Origin: the human T2T-CHM13v2.0 reference genome, Homo sapiens
Length of the DNA: 64,000 nucleotides
Direction: 5' to 3' (one strand)
Assembly (NCBI RefSeq): GCF_009914755.1
Contig: NC_060925.1
In this document: positions 52,326 to 64,000 of the stretch, piece after piece
Numbering within the stretch: position 1 is the first letter of the stretch
How the letters are laid out: every line of letters begins with the position of its first letter
Program-made: the position numbers and the translations under genes
Notes under the pieces: generated by a model
Told to the model about the DNA's origin: nothing
What the model saw: the letters and a program-made list of their open reading frames with translations, nothing else
Databases searched by the model: none

Positions 52326-54624
52326 TGGGACTGAAGCCTGACTCTGTGGACACAGGACAGGAGAGGCAGTCATGGGAGGCAGCAAGAATTAACCACCTTT
52401 GGGAGGAGTTTTGATCAAGGGTCAGTAAGCTTTCAAATGATTTGCACAAATCAACTTAATCCTAACAACAGCCCTCCAAGGTACTTACTAATATCTCCCT
52501 TCTATGGGTGAGAAGACTTAAACTTATGGATCACTACGCAGAAGGAGGATATGTTGGATTCCCTCAGTCCAGATATCAAACCAAGTAATGTTAACAGGAA
52601 ATAGAAACATCTTTCTTCCCTTTTCTTGGTGTCCTGTGATAAAAATAGAGCAACTTTTAGCTAATGCTCAAGCTAATCCTTTTCTCCTTCTATTATTATT
52701 CACTGTTTAGATAGACACAGAAAGAAGACATCAACAGAAGTAGCTCGTGTTTAACATGATGGAATTCTCATAGGCAGTCCTTGAAGCAGTGTGAGCTGAT
52801 GAGCATTACACTGTTAATTTGTGAATTGTTTAATTGGTACTTGGCAACAAAGTCCATCTTTGACAAGGCTGCAACTTCCTGAACATTTATATTTAGGATC
52901 CTCCTTCTTTCTACATTATTTTCTCTCCCTTTAAGCACTTCCAATCTTCAACCTAGACACCCAGTACTTTTGCTGCAGTCTGATTTCTCATATATCTATC
53001 CTTGTTGTCTAGGAAGCCTGAAGACCCACCTGGAATGTGAATAAGGTAAGTCCCTTCCTAAAATGTCAGTGATGTTGGATTTTTGTCTGGTGTTGTTGGA
53101 CCTAAGGAAAAATTCATGGAAATACAAGAAGGTGTTGGTCGATTCAGTTCTTCCTTGTGTCTGGGGTTTCCGGAGGAGGAGGAGGAAAAGGAGGAGACAG
53201 AGGAGGAGGAGGTAGGAGGTGCTTCTCTTCCTCTGGTTCACAACCTTCACATTCCCTTGCATAGATGGGAAACCTGAGCAAAATACTCCAAAAATAAATA
53301 AAAATTAATATATTATTTAAGAACCAATATATCAAAACATCCACTTAAATAACTATCTTTCTTTTTAGAGTTTTCAGGTGATGGCAGCCTTATTTTAGGG
53401 AGCCTAATTCCTCTTCTGAAATTGTCTTCAGATCCAATTTTCATACCACCTGTGAGTACCAATCTCATCTAGATGGTCACCTCCTTTTTTGACTTGAGGG
53501 TATATTGTTCATATTGATCACCTTCCTAATAGTAATAATAGCTATGCAATATTTTCAGACCCTGTCTTAAGCATTTTAAATGTATTACTTTATTTAATTC
53601 TGTGACAGTCTTATGGCAGCAATCCTATGACAAAAGTAATCAGTCAGAAAAATGGAAACCTTGTTAAGTGTTCTAAACAGATTGTGATTTAATATAAGGA
53701 ATTTCCAATTGAGAAAGACTAGAGAACAAAATGTTAAGAAAGGCCACCACTAACTTTCAGGTTCACCATGTGGCCTGAGGAATCAGGAAATTGCTGCTAC
53801 TGCTCATGTTAGGAAATTACAAGAAGCCTTCACCAATGGTCATAATCAACCTACAGCACAAAGGTGAGTGGGTTTAAGGGGAGTGCCTTGAGGTCACAGT
53901 GCAGCCTCGTAATGCCTGGGCTCCACACATCTCTGCACTACTGTACACCACCAGCAAGCTAATATGGGTTCAGTCTCCCTGTCCGAATTTCACATCAGAG
54001 CCTCTCATTCCATTTCCAAGAAGCCTGGAGACAAGGTAAGCTGGGAAATGTTCTTTCCTGTGATATGGGGAAGATGTTAGAAGAGATTGGAAATGAAAGC
54101 TGGTGGCCAAAAATATTTATCACTGTTATTGCTCCCATGTTTAGGTGATTATCCTGAATAAATTGCCACAGAAATTAAATAGTACAACCATGCTTTGAAT
54201 ACAGAGCTTCCCTAGTCCAAGCTCATGCTCTTACCCATTAAAATGTACTTGGCTGTGGTTGACTTTAGGTTGTTTTCAATGAATACATATGCCTTCAACA
54301 AATAGATATGAAGCTATTAAAGGTTTTCAAAAATGGTTCTGAAGTGAACTCCAAAAGAGGAGCTCCAAAAATGCTTTGCATTACAGTGGTAACATTAGAG
54401 AAAAACAAAAGGCTTCCCAAGCTGTTAGAACCATTTTGGGGCTGTATGAATTATGAAACTTGTAACAGCTCAACATTTCTGCTCAGACATGACATATAGC
54501 ATCTCTGCTTGCATTCCACTGGTCAAAGTACATCTCAGGGCCAACATCAATGGAACAGGATGGACACTCCTCATTGGAGGTACACAAGTCCTATAACAGT
54601 GGGCAGTATAGAAAAGTGGGAAGT

Positions 54625-54957
54625 GGCCAGGCATGGTGGCTCACGCCTTTAATCCCAGCACTTTGGGAGGCCGAGGCAGGTGGATCACTTGAGGTCAGGA
54701 GTTTGAGACCAGACTGGCCAACGTGGTGAAATCCTGTCTCTGCTAAAACTACAAAAACAAAACAAAACAAAACAAACCCACAAAAAAATTAGCTGGGTGT
54801 GGTGGAACACACCTGCAGTCTCAGCTACTTGGGAGGCTAAGGGCACAAGAATCAACTGAGCCTGGGAGACGGAGGTTGGAATGAGCTGAGATCACCCCAC
54901 TGTACTCCAGCCTGGGCGACAGAGTGAGATTCTGTCAAAAAGAAAAGAAAAAGAGAA
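54625..54957 (+). mobile_element. Alu (Sx/J-like) with (CAAAA)n middle tract
   Basis: TSD AGAAAAGTGGGAAGT at 54610-54624 and 54958-54972. Confidence 0.95.
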
Positions 54958-55559
54958 AGAAAAGTGGGAAGTAAATATTTGGAAACAGAAAATAATTGAT
55001 TGCAGTAATGTATCAAAAAATAACAGGAAATGAAGGAAACAAACTAACCAAGGAACAAGTACAATAACAGCAAAATTGAAAAGTGAAAGGTGTTTCCCAA
55101 AAGACAAAAAAATAGAAATATGTCACTTCGTGCATTAGACTCAGGACAAGATTAAAAGGAAAGACTCCTCTTAACTGAAGAGGAAACAGACTTTTGGGAC
55201 TGAAAATACAGGAGTTTTCAAAGACCCCCTTGGATATCAGCAACCTAATTAATGTCAAAAGCAACATTCTGCAAACCACACATACTGAGTGAGGGAAGAA
55301 TACAGTTAGAGATTGCTCAGATTAATTAAATGTGCTCAAATCTCCAAAACCCAATCATTTATATATAAGTTTGCTCAAAGGGCTAGCTGAAATTATCCAA
55401 GAGCCATAGAGGTAATCTTTAGAAAATTATTAAGGACAAGCATATAAAAGGAGAAAAATATATTGCATATCATTTAATTCCTTTTTCTTTTCATTTATTT
55501 TAATGTGATGGATAAATTCGCATAGTAAAACACTTCTTACTGTTTGCTTCCAGAAAAAT

Positions 55560-56190
55560 TATGACAATAGACTAGTTCCAATAATACAGAATAATATATT
55601 ATGACCAAGTGGAACTTATTCCAGAAATGCAAAGCTGGTTAAATATCAGTAAATTCATTAATGTAATTCAACATATTATTAGATCTGAGAGGGAAAAAAA
55701 ACTATATGATGTAGCTGTAGATGCTGAAAAAATATTTGACAAAATTGACACCCATTTATGATTCAAAACCCTGAAAAAAATAGAAGTCAGATATTTCTTA
55801 AATAAAAAAATATAAAAGTATCTGAATATCTGTCCATGTTAGCCCCCAGACTAGCATCTTATTTGATGGAGAGACACTGGAGACATTCCTGCTAAGGTCA
55901 GGAGCAATAAAGTCACTACTATTTCATATCGTATTTGAAGTATTAGCCAACAATTTAACATATAGAAATCTAATAGTCTTTATACACAGAAATAATAACC
56001 AATTAGAAGATATAATGAAAACAAAGACCTCATCTACAATAACAAAAAGATGTATAAAATACTTAGATATGATTTTAACAAGAAATGTCTAATAACTATA
56101 TAAGGAAAACTTGGAAACACTCCTAGAAGACATGAGGACCAAATTAAACAGATGGAAAGTCATACTGTATTCTTGGATAGAAAGATCTGA
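55560..56190 (+). mobile_element. Decayed L1 ORF2 (RT region)
   Basis: atgaccaagtgg..ttattccag.aatgcaa.gctggtt and tagatgctgaaaaa..atttgacaaaatt motifs. ORF 56111 (TLLEDMRTKLNRWKVILYSWIER) resembles L1 ORF2p. Confidence 0.8.
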
Positions 56191-57947
56191 GATCACTGGA
56201 ACTCTGGGAGTAGAGACCAACTCTGCATACACTGCCACCCTGCCCTGGCCTCGGCAAAGGGGTGATGTGGGAGGACACATTTTCATTCACTGCCCCTTCA
56301 TTAAGTCCTGTGACTCTGTACCTGAGTGACTGTAAGGTTAAAAAAAATGAAAGGGAATGATTGTAGCTATAAGTTATCCTGGGTGCTAAATATGACTATT
56401 CTTGGAGTCCAAGAGAGAAGAAAAACAAGAAGTTAAAATTTGTATGGGGGCGCTTTCACAGTCTTGCCTCCTGTATTGAAATCTGCCCTCTTTTTTTTTT
56501 TTCTTGGAAAGAGATCCACTTTCCTCTATCTTAAGTAATAAAAATTATATTTTTCTTTTGGAAAAATCCTGCCACCTCGTAGGATTAGGACCCTACTTTC
56601 TTCTACTGCCTAGCTCAGTAATCCACTCTAGTCTCCAATTCTAAACAATTCAGTGAAGATACCATCACTGGAGGTAAATAGAGGTGGTGGGATCTTCACT
56701 AAAGTAGCTGGGCTTTGTCACTTCAAGTTCAGCACTGACCACCTCCCCCTCCAACCCTGTGAGCTCTCTCACCTGCACTGAGGTGTACCTATGCAACTTG
56801 ATTCTTTCTGTGACCCTCCAATGGACATCTACTGGATAAAACATGCTGGCTTGCATCACAGAGTTCACAATTCAAATCCACAGTAATTACAAAAATATTT
56901 TCTTTGATGCAACATAATTTCCAGAAGTTCCCTGCCTGTAATGGAGATAACACTCATGAGGGAGAATGGCAGTTCTGCCTTGTTCAGCCTCCTGCTTTCA
57001 GGCTCAGCCCAAGCTCCCCTGAACCACAGGAAACAGCCTTTAACATTGTGCCTTTTTCAACAACACAGCCGTCGACTTTCAGTGGTCAACTTTGGGCAGT
57101 AGGTAGATCTGGCCAAACAGAAATGGCCCAGGGCCAGATAAACTCCCAGTGGGATATAGTCCCCCATTCATCCCTGTAAATTGACCATGGCACTTGGTAA
57201 GGGGATGTGTATTTTTTTCTTCCTCCAATTATACATCACAAAAGATATAGAAGTAGACTTACCAAAATGTTTATACTGATTATTGCCAGGTGGCAGGGAA
57301 AAGAAGAGAATTTTTTCTTCTTCTTCTTTATGCTGAGTTTTGCTGATTTTTCTGCAATAGCCCTGGCTTATCTTGCAATTAAAAATAAGTTTTAAAAGGA
57401 TAAAATGAGGAAGAACAAAGCTAGGGAAAAGAGAATGCCTCACTGCAGGTAAGCATTGTTCATGCACAAGCACCATCAAGGGAATTTGAGCAAACCAGTG
57501 AATTAAACAGTATTCAACAGTAAAGGCCAAGGATAAAACAAAATTGGCTGTAATGCCAGCCCTATATGTTAGGTTTTTCAGTTTAATAAATACTTGTTGA
57601 GCTCCTATGGTATGCTAGGGGCAGGAAACATAAAAATAATTAAGACACATCCTTGAGTTCCAGGGTATTATGACTTGGTGCACTACCTCTGTGGTCTCTA
57701 TTCTTTTCCTTACATGGCCTCAAAGCATGGATTCACACATTCTCCCTACATGTTGTTTCTCCTTAATTATGAGTTAACAATGTACATAATGGACAAGGCA
57801 GCCACTTGGGACTAGTGCATTTGGAGTTCTGCAGGCCTAGTTGGTACTCTGACTATGAGAGTTTCCACCCGAATCATTGCAAATATATCATTAGGGAATT
57901 GCATTCCACAGTGAATTTTATTTATTATTTTTTAATGTTTGAAATAA

Positions 57948-58249
<302 letters not shown>

Positions 58250-59937
58250 GACTTTGTCTTTTTTAAGGTTGAATCCCCAGCGTGTAAAACAATGTCCGGC
58301 ATGTAGACAATCAATCAACGCTTGTTAAATGGAAAAAAATTACTTCAGCAATGGAAGCGTGGAAGTAATGCCCTTACGTTTGACTGTGTTTTATCTAATA
58401 TCATTGGGCCGACTCAGGAATTCTTGTGAAGTGATAAATTCTAAACTGCAAATTACTTTCAAATATAGTGATTTTAAAATAAGTAATAACCTTAAATGTG
58501 TAGAGGAATTGACATCATGGTATGCCAATAATCCTTTGTTAATTTTGATGTTGGTGGGAGTATTTTGTGTATGATCTAGCGCTAATACCTTTTTCATGTT
58601 TTAGATATTCTCATAAAGTAACAGTTTGTTGTGTGTGTCCTCTCTCTAAAGAGTGTAATAATAAAATGGCCCTGTAGCAATGTGGAGTGTGGAGAGACAG
58701 TGAAAGTAGACTGCATAGAGGAGGGGGCATGGATGAGGATTAGGAAGGAAGGTAGTTTCTTGTCTACTTTAAATTAAATCTAGCCAGTGTGAGCTTCCCC
58801 GTCCTGATGGGCTGGGTCCTGCTCTAGGGTGACCACCTGACACTGGTTTTATTCAATCCTGCTGCAGGAGTCTTCATGAACCTTTTGTTCACAACCTCAA
58901 TCAGTGAAGAGAGGAAGTCCGCTTTCAGCTCCTCTCCAGGATCCCCGTGGGTGGCTTCCCTCCACCATATGTTCCTCCGAAGCTGTGCTGCCCAGCCACT
59001 TGCCTTGGGGCTCGGTACAAATGCATCTTGGAGGTGAAGTGCTGGGGAAGACGAAAGTGCTCTTTCCAGATGGCACCAAATTAGCCTCTTGAGATACGGA
59101 TTTGCCGGGAATATGTTTATAAGGAAAGCAAACAAAGGAGTCCCTGGAGATTTTAAACAGTCTAGGGCCTTGGGTGGGAAATGGGGGAGGTAAGGAAGAA
59201 GGCTGGGGAAAGAGGCTGGAGAAGGCAGTAGGGCAAGGGAGGGGGGCATCTATCCCAAACCCACCCACAGCCAACTCTCGCCTCCTCCTGGCCATTCACA
59301 AGGAAGCCAGTTTCATTGCCAGACAACACACATTATCAGTATGATTTAAAAATAATGATCTGATTAATTTAAATGTGAATCTGATTGCCTTTAATATTGA
59401 AACACTGGCTCTAACAACGCCTTCAAGAGCTTAAAAAGAAGTCTTGCTTGTCTTATGTAGCTAGTGTTTATTTTGTACTTACTATGAGTCAGGCATTATC
59501 ACATTTAATTCACAAAAGTCACACCAAGAGGTAGACATGATTACAATGTCTATATTACAGATAAGGACACAAAGGTTTAGAGAAGTTTTAAAAAGGTAAA
59601 AAAACATATCTAAGATTACATATCTAGTAGGTGGCACCTCTGAGCTGTATACTCAGGGTTGTGAAACCAAACTCAGTGTTGATAACCTCAATGCTCAACT
59701 GCCTCTACGTAGCTGAAGCACTGCCTCCTGCCCTCTGCCCTCTCTGCTTCCCAGAATCATCACCCTTTTCTGTGAGTTCTTCTTTATTGGCTGAGAGACA
59801 CCAGACCCTTCATAATCCTGATTTCTCTCCTCAGGTTCTCAGTGATCTAGTGCTTCACACTATACTTGATCATGTTGCCCAGCTAGTGTTGGGTTGATTA
59901 TTGTTTTCTTTGTTTTATCAAGAATGACAAACAAGAA

Positions 59938-60340
59938 GCTGTGTTGGGTGAGTGTCCCCAGAAACTGATCCTGAGACAAAGATTTAGGTGTGAGTGGTTT
60001 ATTTGGGAGGTGATTCCTGGAAGCATCTGTGGAGGACTGGGGAGGTGAGACAGACTGGAAAGGCATCCAATGGTGACTGCCATGGGCAACTGAGACTTAA
60101 CTTGCTGGTGAACTGTGGGAGAGGCTGCAGAGCACACCTGAGAATTTTTCCCTCTAAGGGGCGAGGATGTTAGGGATATTTATCTTCCCACTCTCATCTG
60201 TCAGAGGGATTTACTTCACAGCACTCCCAGCCTCCCCCATGTGCAGATCAAGAGAAAGTGCCTAGGCAGAAGTTGCAGGTGCTTGCAACAGGACACACTG
60301 GAATAGAGAGCTCCATGGGGCTGAGCAGGCAGGCCCATGG
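59938..60340 (-). mobile_element. ERVL-type LTR remnant (LTR16-like)
   Basis: ccccagaaactgatcctgagacaaagattt...gtttatttgggaggtgattcc motif. Confidence 0.6.
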
Positions 60341-62480
60341 AGCTCTCTATTCCTACGTTTGTAGCCCTGGGACTCCCTCTCTACACCACAACAGAATCAC
60401 TCAGTTCTCACAGCCCTTCTTTCTGCTGAGCCCAGATAAGAACTCAGAATCCTTCTCAAAAGCGGTTCTCCAGGCAGCAATTTGCCATTGATTAGAGTTG
60501 GTGCTCAAGATAGAACCCATGTTATATCCTTTCTATCTAGTCTTATATTTAACCTTGAAGGACTTCTGCTCCATCATGCAATGATGACTTCTAATGTCAC
60601 CTTCAGTAATAATATTCTATGACTACATGACCCTATATGTCTATGAACGTGTCTTCGGTTGCATTAGCTTTCTTAGAAGTTTTTCTCTAAACTGTAGAGT
60701 CAACTAAACATGTCAAGTCTTTTTCAAAAAGATTGCTATTATTAGTTTTCTATGTCATGTGTCAGCGCAGCTGACTTTCTAAACCTGAGTTTAGGACTTT
60801 CCATTGATTCCTTTTAAATTTTATCAAGTTAGTTCAGGTCGATCATTCCAGCTTGTTAGAGGTTTTTTTGCAAAGCAATTCCATTATCCAAGAAATGAGT
60901 CATCTCCCCTAACTTTTGGCAGCTGCAAATTTGATAATCAGGTTGGTTTTATTTTCACAAAAAAATTGTTTAAAATATTTAGCAGGACGGGACCAAGGAC
61001 AAAACCCTTGACTAGAGACCTCCCTTCTGTGGCATGTGATCCATTATTAATGGAAAGGAAAGCCCTGCAACCTGGGGTCACTGAGAGTGCCCAGGGTAGG
61101 GATGTTTGAGGTCACTGTGCAGCCTGGATTCTCAACCAGCTGAACCAGTCTAATGGAGAAACAACCTTGGGCTCTTTACCCATAAGGATTTCTCCTCGCC
61201 CTTGGTCAGATGGATCCAGCCGTTTTCCCTTGGTGCATTCCCACATCCAAAATGGAAATGCTAACCTCTCTAATGATGCTAGTAAAGCTCTCTGAGATCT
61301 CTGGCTGAAAGCTGGTATGCAATGCAGATTCAGGTACTACTTCACGATTGCTACTGCAGTTTCTAAAGCACCTTTCCTTCTTCCTGCCGTGGCTCAGCAT
61401 GCCCTGTGTTTCTCCTTCAGCATTTTCCTATGGCTAGCATCTGCTCTGTTCTATTCTGACTCTCCCTCCTGAGAGCTAGCCAGCTGTCCATGCCAGGTGA
61501 TGCTTTGGGAGGACACAGGGCCTGAATGTGTTTGCATGTGTGTAAGTCGGTGTGTGTCCGGGTGTGTTTGTGGAAGCAGGGTGAGGGGAAGAGGAGGAAG
61601 AGGAGGGCGTAAAGTGGTTCCAGCCAGCCTGGTTTGCATGAAGCATGTTTATGCACAGTTGGCAAATTTCCAACAGGTGCCATTCACGTCAGTTGGTGCA
61701 AGAGGCCCCTTGGCCCCGGCTGGTTGCACCACTCTGGGCAGTTGTCCAAAGCAGCATTATCTGTGCCTCTTGCAATGTCAGTGGCTTCCTCCAGCCTGCC
61801 CTGTTTGTCCTTCTTAGACCCTCGGACAGGCCCATTCATCCTCAGCAGCACTTCTCAGGGGAAGGGACAGATCTAGAATAGATTAGTAGAAGCAGCACAG
61901 AGAAGAGTCCTCTTTGGGTCTGATGGCCTTTTCCAGAAAGAGCAGACTCTTCCAGGTAGTGCTTGCAATGTGAAACCCTAGACACCTTGGGCTTTCCCCC
62001 CTTGCCCAATCCCACAGAATTATGATGTTCATCAACATGCATAATTTATGAAAGAACACATAAAAAAGCGCTTTGCACATGTTAAAGTTTTATAAAACAT
62101 ATAAGGTAGTCTTGTGATTTGTGAAGCTTTTATATGTCCCCATACCCATTTCAGGTACATTTACACACACACACCCTCGCATTTGCTGCATTTCACATCT
62201 GTTGGGCTGCCCCTGAAGGACACAATCTAATTCCCTGTTATCATGAATAAATAATGATAGCAGAACAACAAAGAAGAACAGGAAACACAAAGTGGTACTA
62301 CGGCCAGTAAAGCCTCTGTGCATATGATATCCTGAATTTCTTTTATTAATTTCTCTAGTTCTGTTCCATTTATCTGTCTGAGCACCAGAGGGCTAAGCCA
62401 CAGATACAAGGTCCTCTCTCCTCTGTGATCAGCCACATGTCTCTGCTTCTGTGCATTCTACTCTAGAATGGACACACCTG

Positions 62481-62916
62481 GTAACATGGTTTGAATGTGA
62501 CTCTCCATATCTCATGTTGAAACGTGACCTCCAGTGTTTGAGGTGGGCGCAGTGGGAGGCATTTGAGTCTGGGGGCAGATCCCTCATGAATATGTCGTTG
62601 CTGTCCTCATGGTAATGAGTGAGCTCCCACTCTGTTAGTTCACGTAAGAGCTGATTGTTTAAAAAGAGCCTGGCACCTCCTCCTCTCTCCTGTTGCTCCC
62701 TCTCTCCCCAGGTGACATGACAGCTCCCCACTCACCTTCTGCCATGACTGCAAGCTTCCTGAGGCCTCATGAGAAGCTGAGCAGATGTGAGTGCCATGCT
62801 AGTACAGCCTGCAGAACTATGAGCCAAATAAACCTCTTTTCTTAAGTTACTCAGCATCATTTAATGCAATTACTATAATTGCATTCTTTTATAGCAATGC
62901 AAAATGGACAAACACA
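62481..62916 (+). mobile_element. MST (MaLR) solo LTR
   Basis: atctcatgttgaaa, gggggcagatccctcatgaat, cagcctgcagaactatgagccaaataaacctctttt motifs. Confidence 0.88.
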
Positions 62917-64000
62917 CTATGGCTGCCTGACCTTCCATAGTGAAAAGAGGATATTAGGCATGAGTGTATTGTCATTTATAAAGCATGATGCTGATACGTA
63001 GAACTGTTTGGTTCTTTCCAGGTAATGCATCCCATTTATGTACAGGGGCAATTCTGAAGCTACATGACATGGAAAAAGACTGTCCTTTTCCCGTTTGGCT
63101 ACATAGAATGGCAGTGCTTACTGTTGCAAACAGGTATCATAAATGTAAAGGAAACAAGAGTGGCTCTGAGCAACAATAGTCCCAGCGGCTCTCCCTGTAC
63201 TCCCTGTCTGTTCTCTTCTTCCACCTGGTACTACCCAACTTCTTTACGATATATGCATTCGTCTAGAGCATTGTAGCATCCCAACTCATTTGACCTCTCA
63301 ACAACCTTGTAAAGTCGGGAAGGCAAGGGCTTTATTATTCCCATTTTAGAAATAATGACTGGTGTTCCCTGGCACCTCAAACACATGCAGTTAGCACCCA
63401 TACTTCTTTCACAACAGGATGAGTTACTGAAAAATTAACAGTAGTGCTGTTGCTTTTGCTGGGTCAGCTTATTAGCAGAAAAGAGAGAATGTGGAATTGC
63501 CACAACACCCTCACGGGAAGCATTGCCAGGCCACTGGGGGCTGAGTTCAAGCCAACTCAACCCCTGGCCATGTAGACAGCCACATTGCACATAAGATGTT
63601 TAACTGGTGGCCAACTTTAAGATATTGAGGAGATTTTCCCAGAAACTATGATTTCCAGTTTCTCTTGGAGAAGGTGGAAGATCTCTGAACCTGGAGATGG
63701 CAGGGCTTCAAGGTGGGATGGTTGTGGTGGGTGCCAGGAGTCAGTGATGTCCCCGTGGCAGAGTCTGGAAGTGGAGAGTGGGGAGGGGGGCATTAGCAGG
63801 TGTCGCTCTCGCAACTTCACATGCCCAAGAACCTGAGCATTGGCAGCGCGGCCTCTGAGGCCTGAAGAGCAGAAGCCCTTCTCTAGTTTCCTTGGCTGTG
63901 TTAGCCGGGAGGCTTTCATGAAATCCCAAGGGGGCAGGAAGTAGGGAGGGGTCCCCAAAAAGTAGTCGAGATTGAATCTTTTACCAAATTTGACAAATGA

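Noticed and set aside
53083-53277. Acidic 64-aa ORF with nearby GTAAGT/GTAGG donor-like sites
   Set aside because: Driven by a short (GAG)n run. No recognisable homology and no supported exon structure.
56570-56584. CTCF-like motif (minus strand CCTACGAGGTGGCAG)
   Set aside because: Mismatches at core positions. It cannot be supported without ChIP data.

Overview
Primate (almost certainly human) genomic DNA, not prokaryotic. The window holds the 3' end of DISC1 (Disrupted-in-Schizophrenia 1) on the + strand. The last three coding exons (conventionally exons 11, 12, 13) lie at 10327-10591, 27976-28093 and 38231-38370, followed by a ~4.4 kb 3'UTR ending near AATAAA 42792-42797. About 21 kb of repeat-rich intergenic DNA follows. 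The rest is intronic or intergenic and filled with L1, L2, Alu, MaLR/ERV LTRs, DNA-transposon relics and microsatellites. Nearly all short ORFs in the track are repeat-derived or random. Most notable observations: (1) the final 10.1 kb intron is a U12-type (minor spliceosome) AT-AC intron, and an AG sits directly behind its AC acceptor. That AG predicts either an in-frame exon-12-skip isoform or a frameshifted, NMD-immune alternative C-terminus. (2) The 3'UTR contains a ~640 bp, ~20-nt-period minisatellite with one embedded inverted unit able to pair with most of the other units. (3) A G-quadruplex/hairpin switch candidate starts 9 nt after the stop codon. (4) Exon 11 has three possible 3' outcomes. 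Gene and repeat-family names come from my recognition of the sequences, not from database searches. I cannot confirm that any finding is novel.
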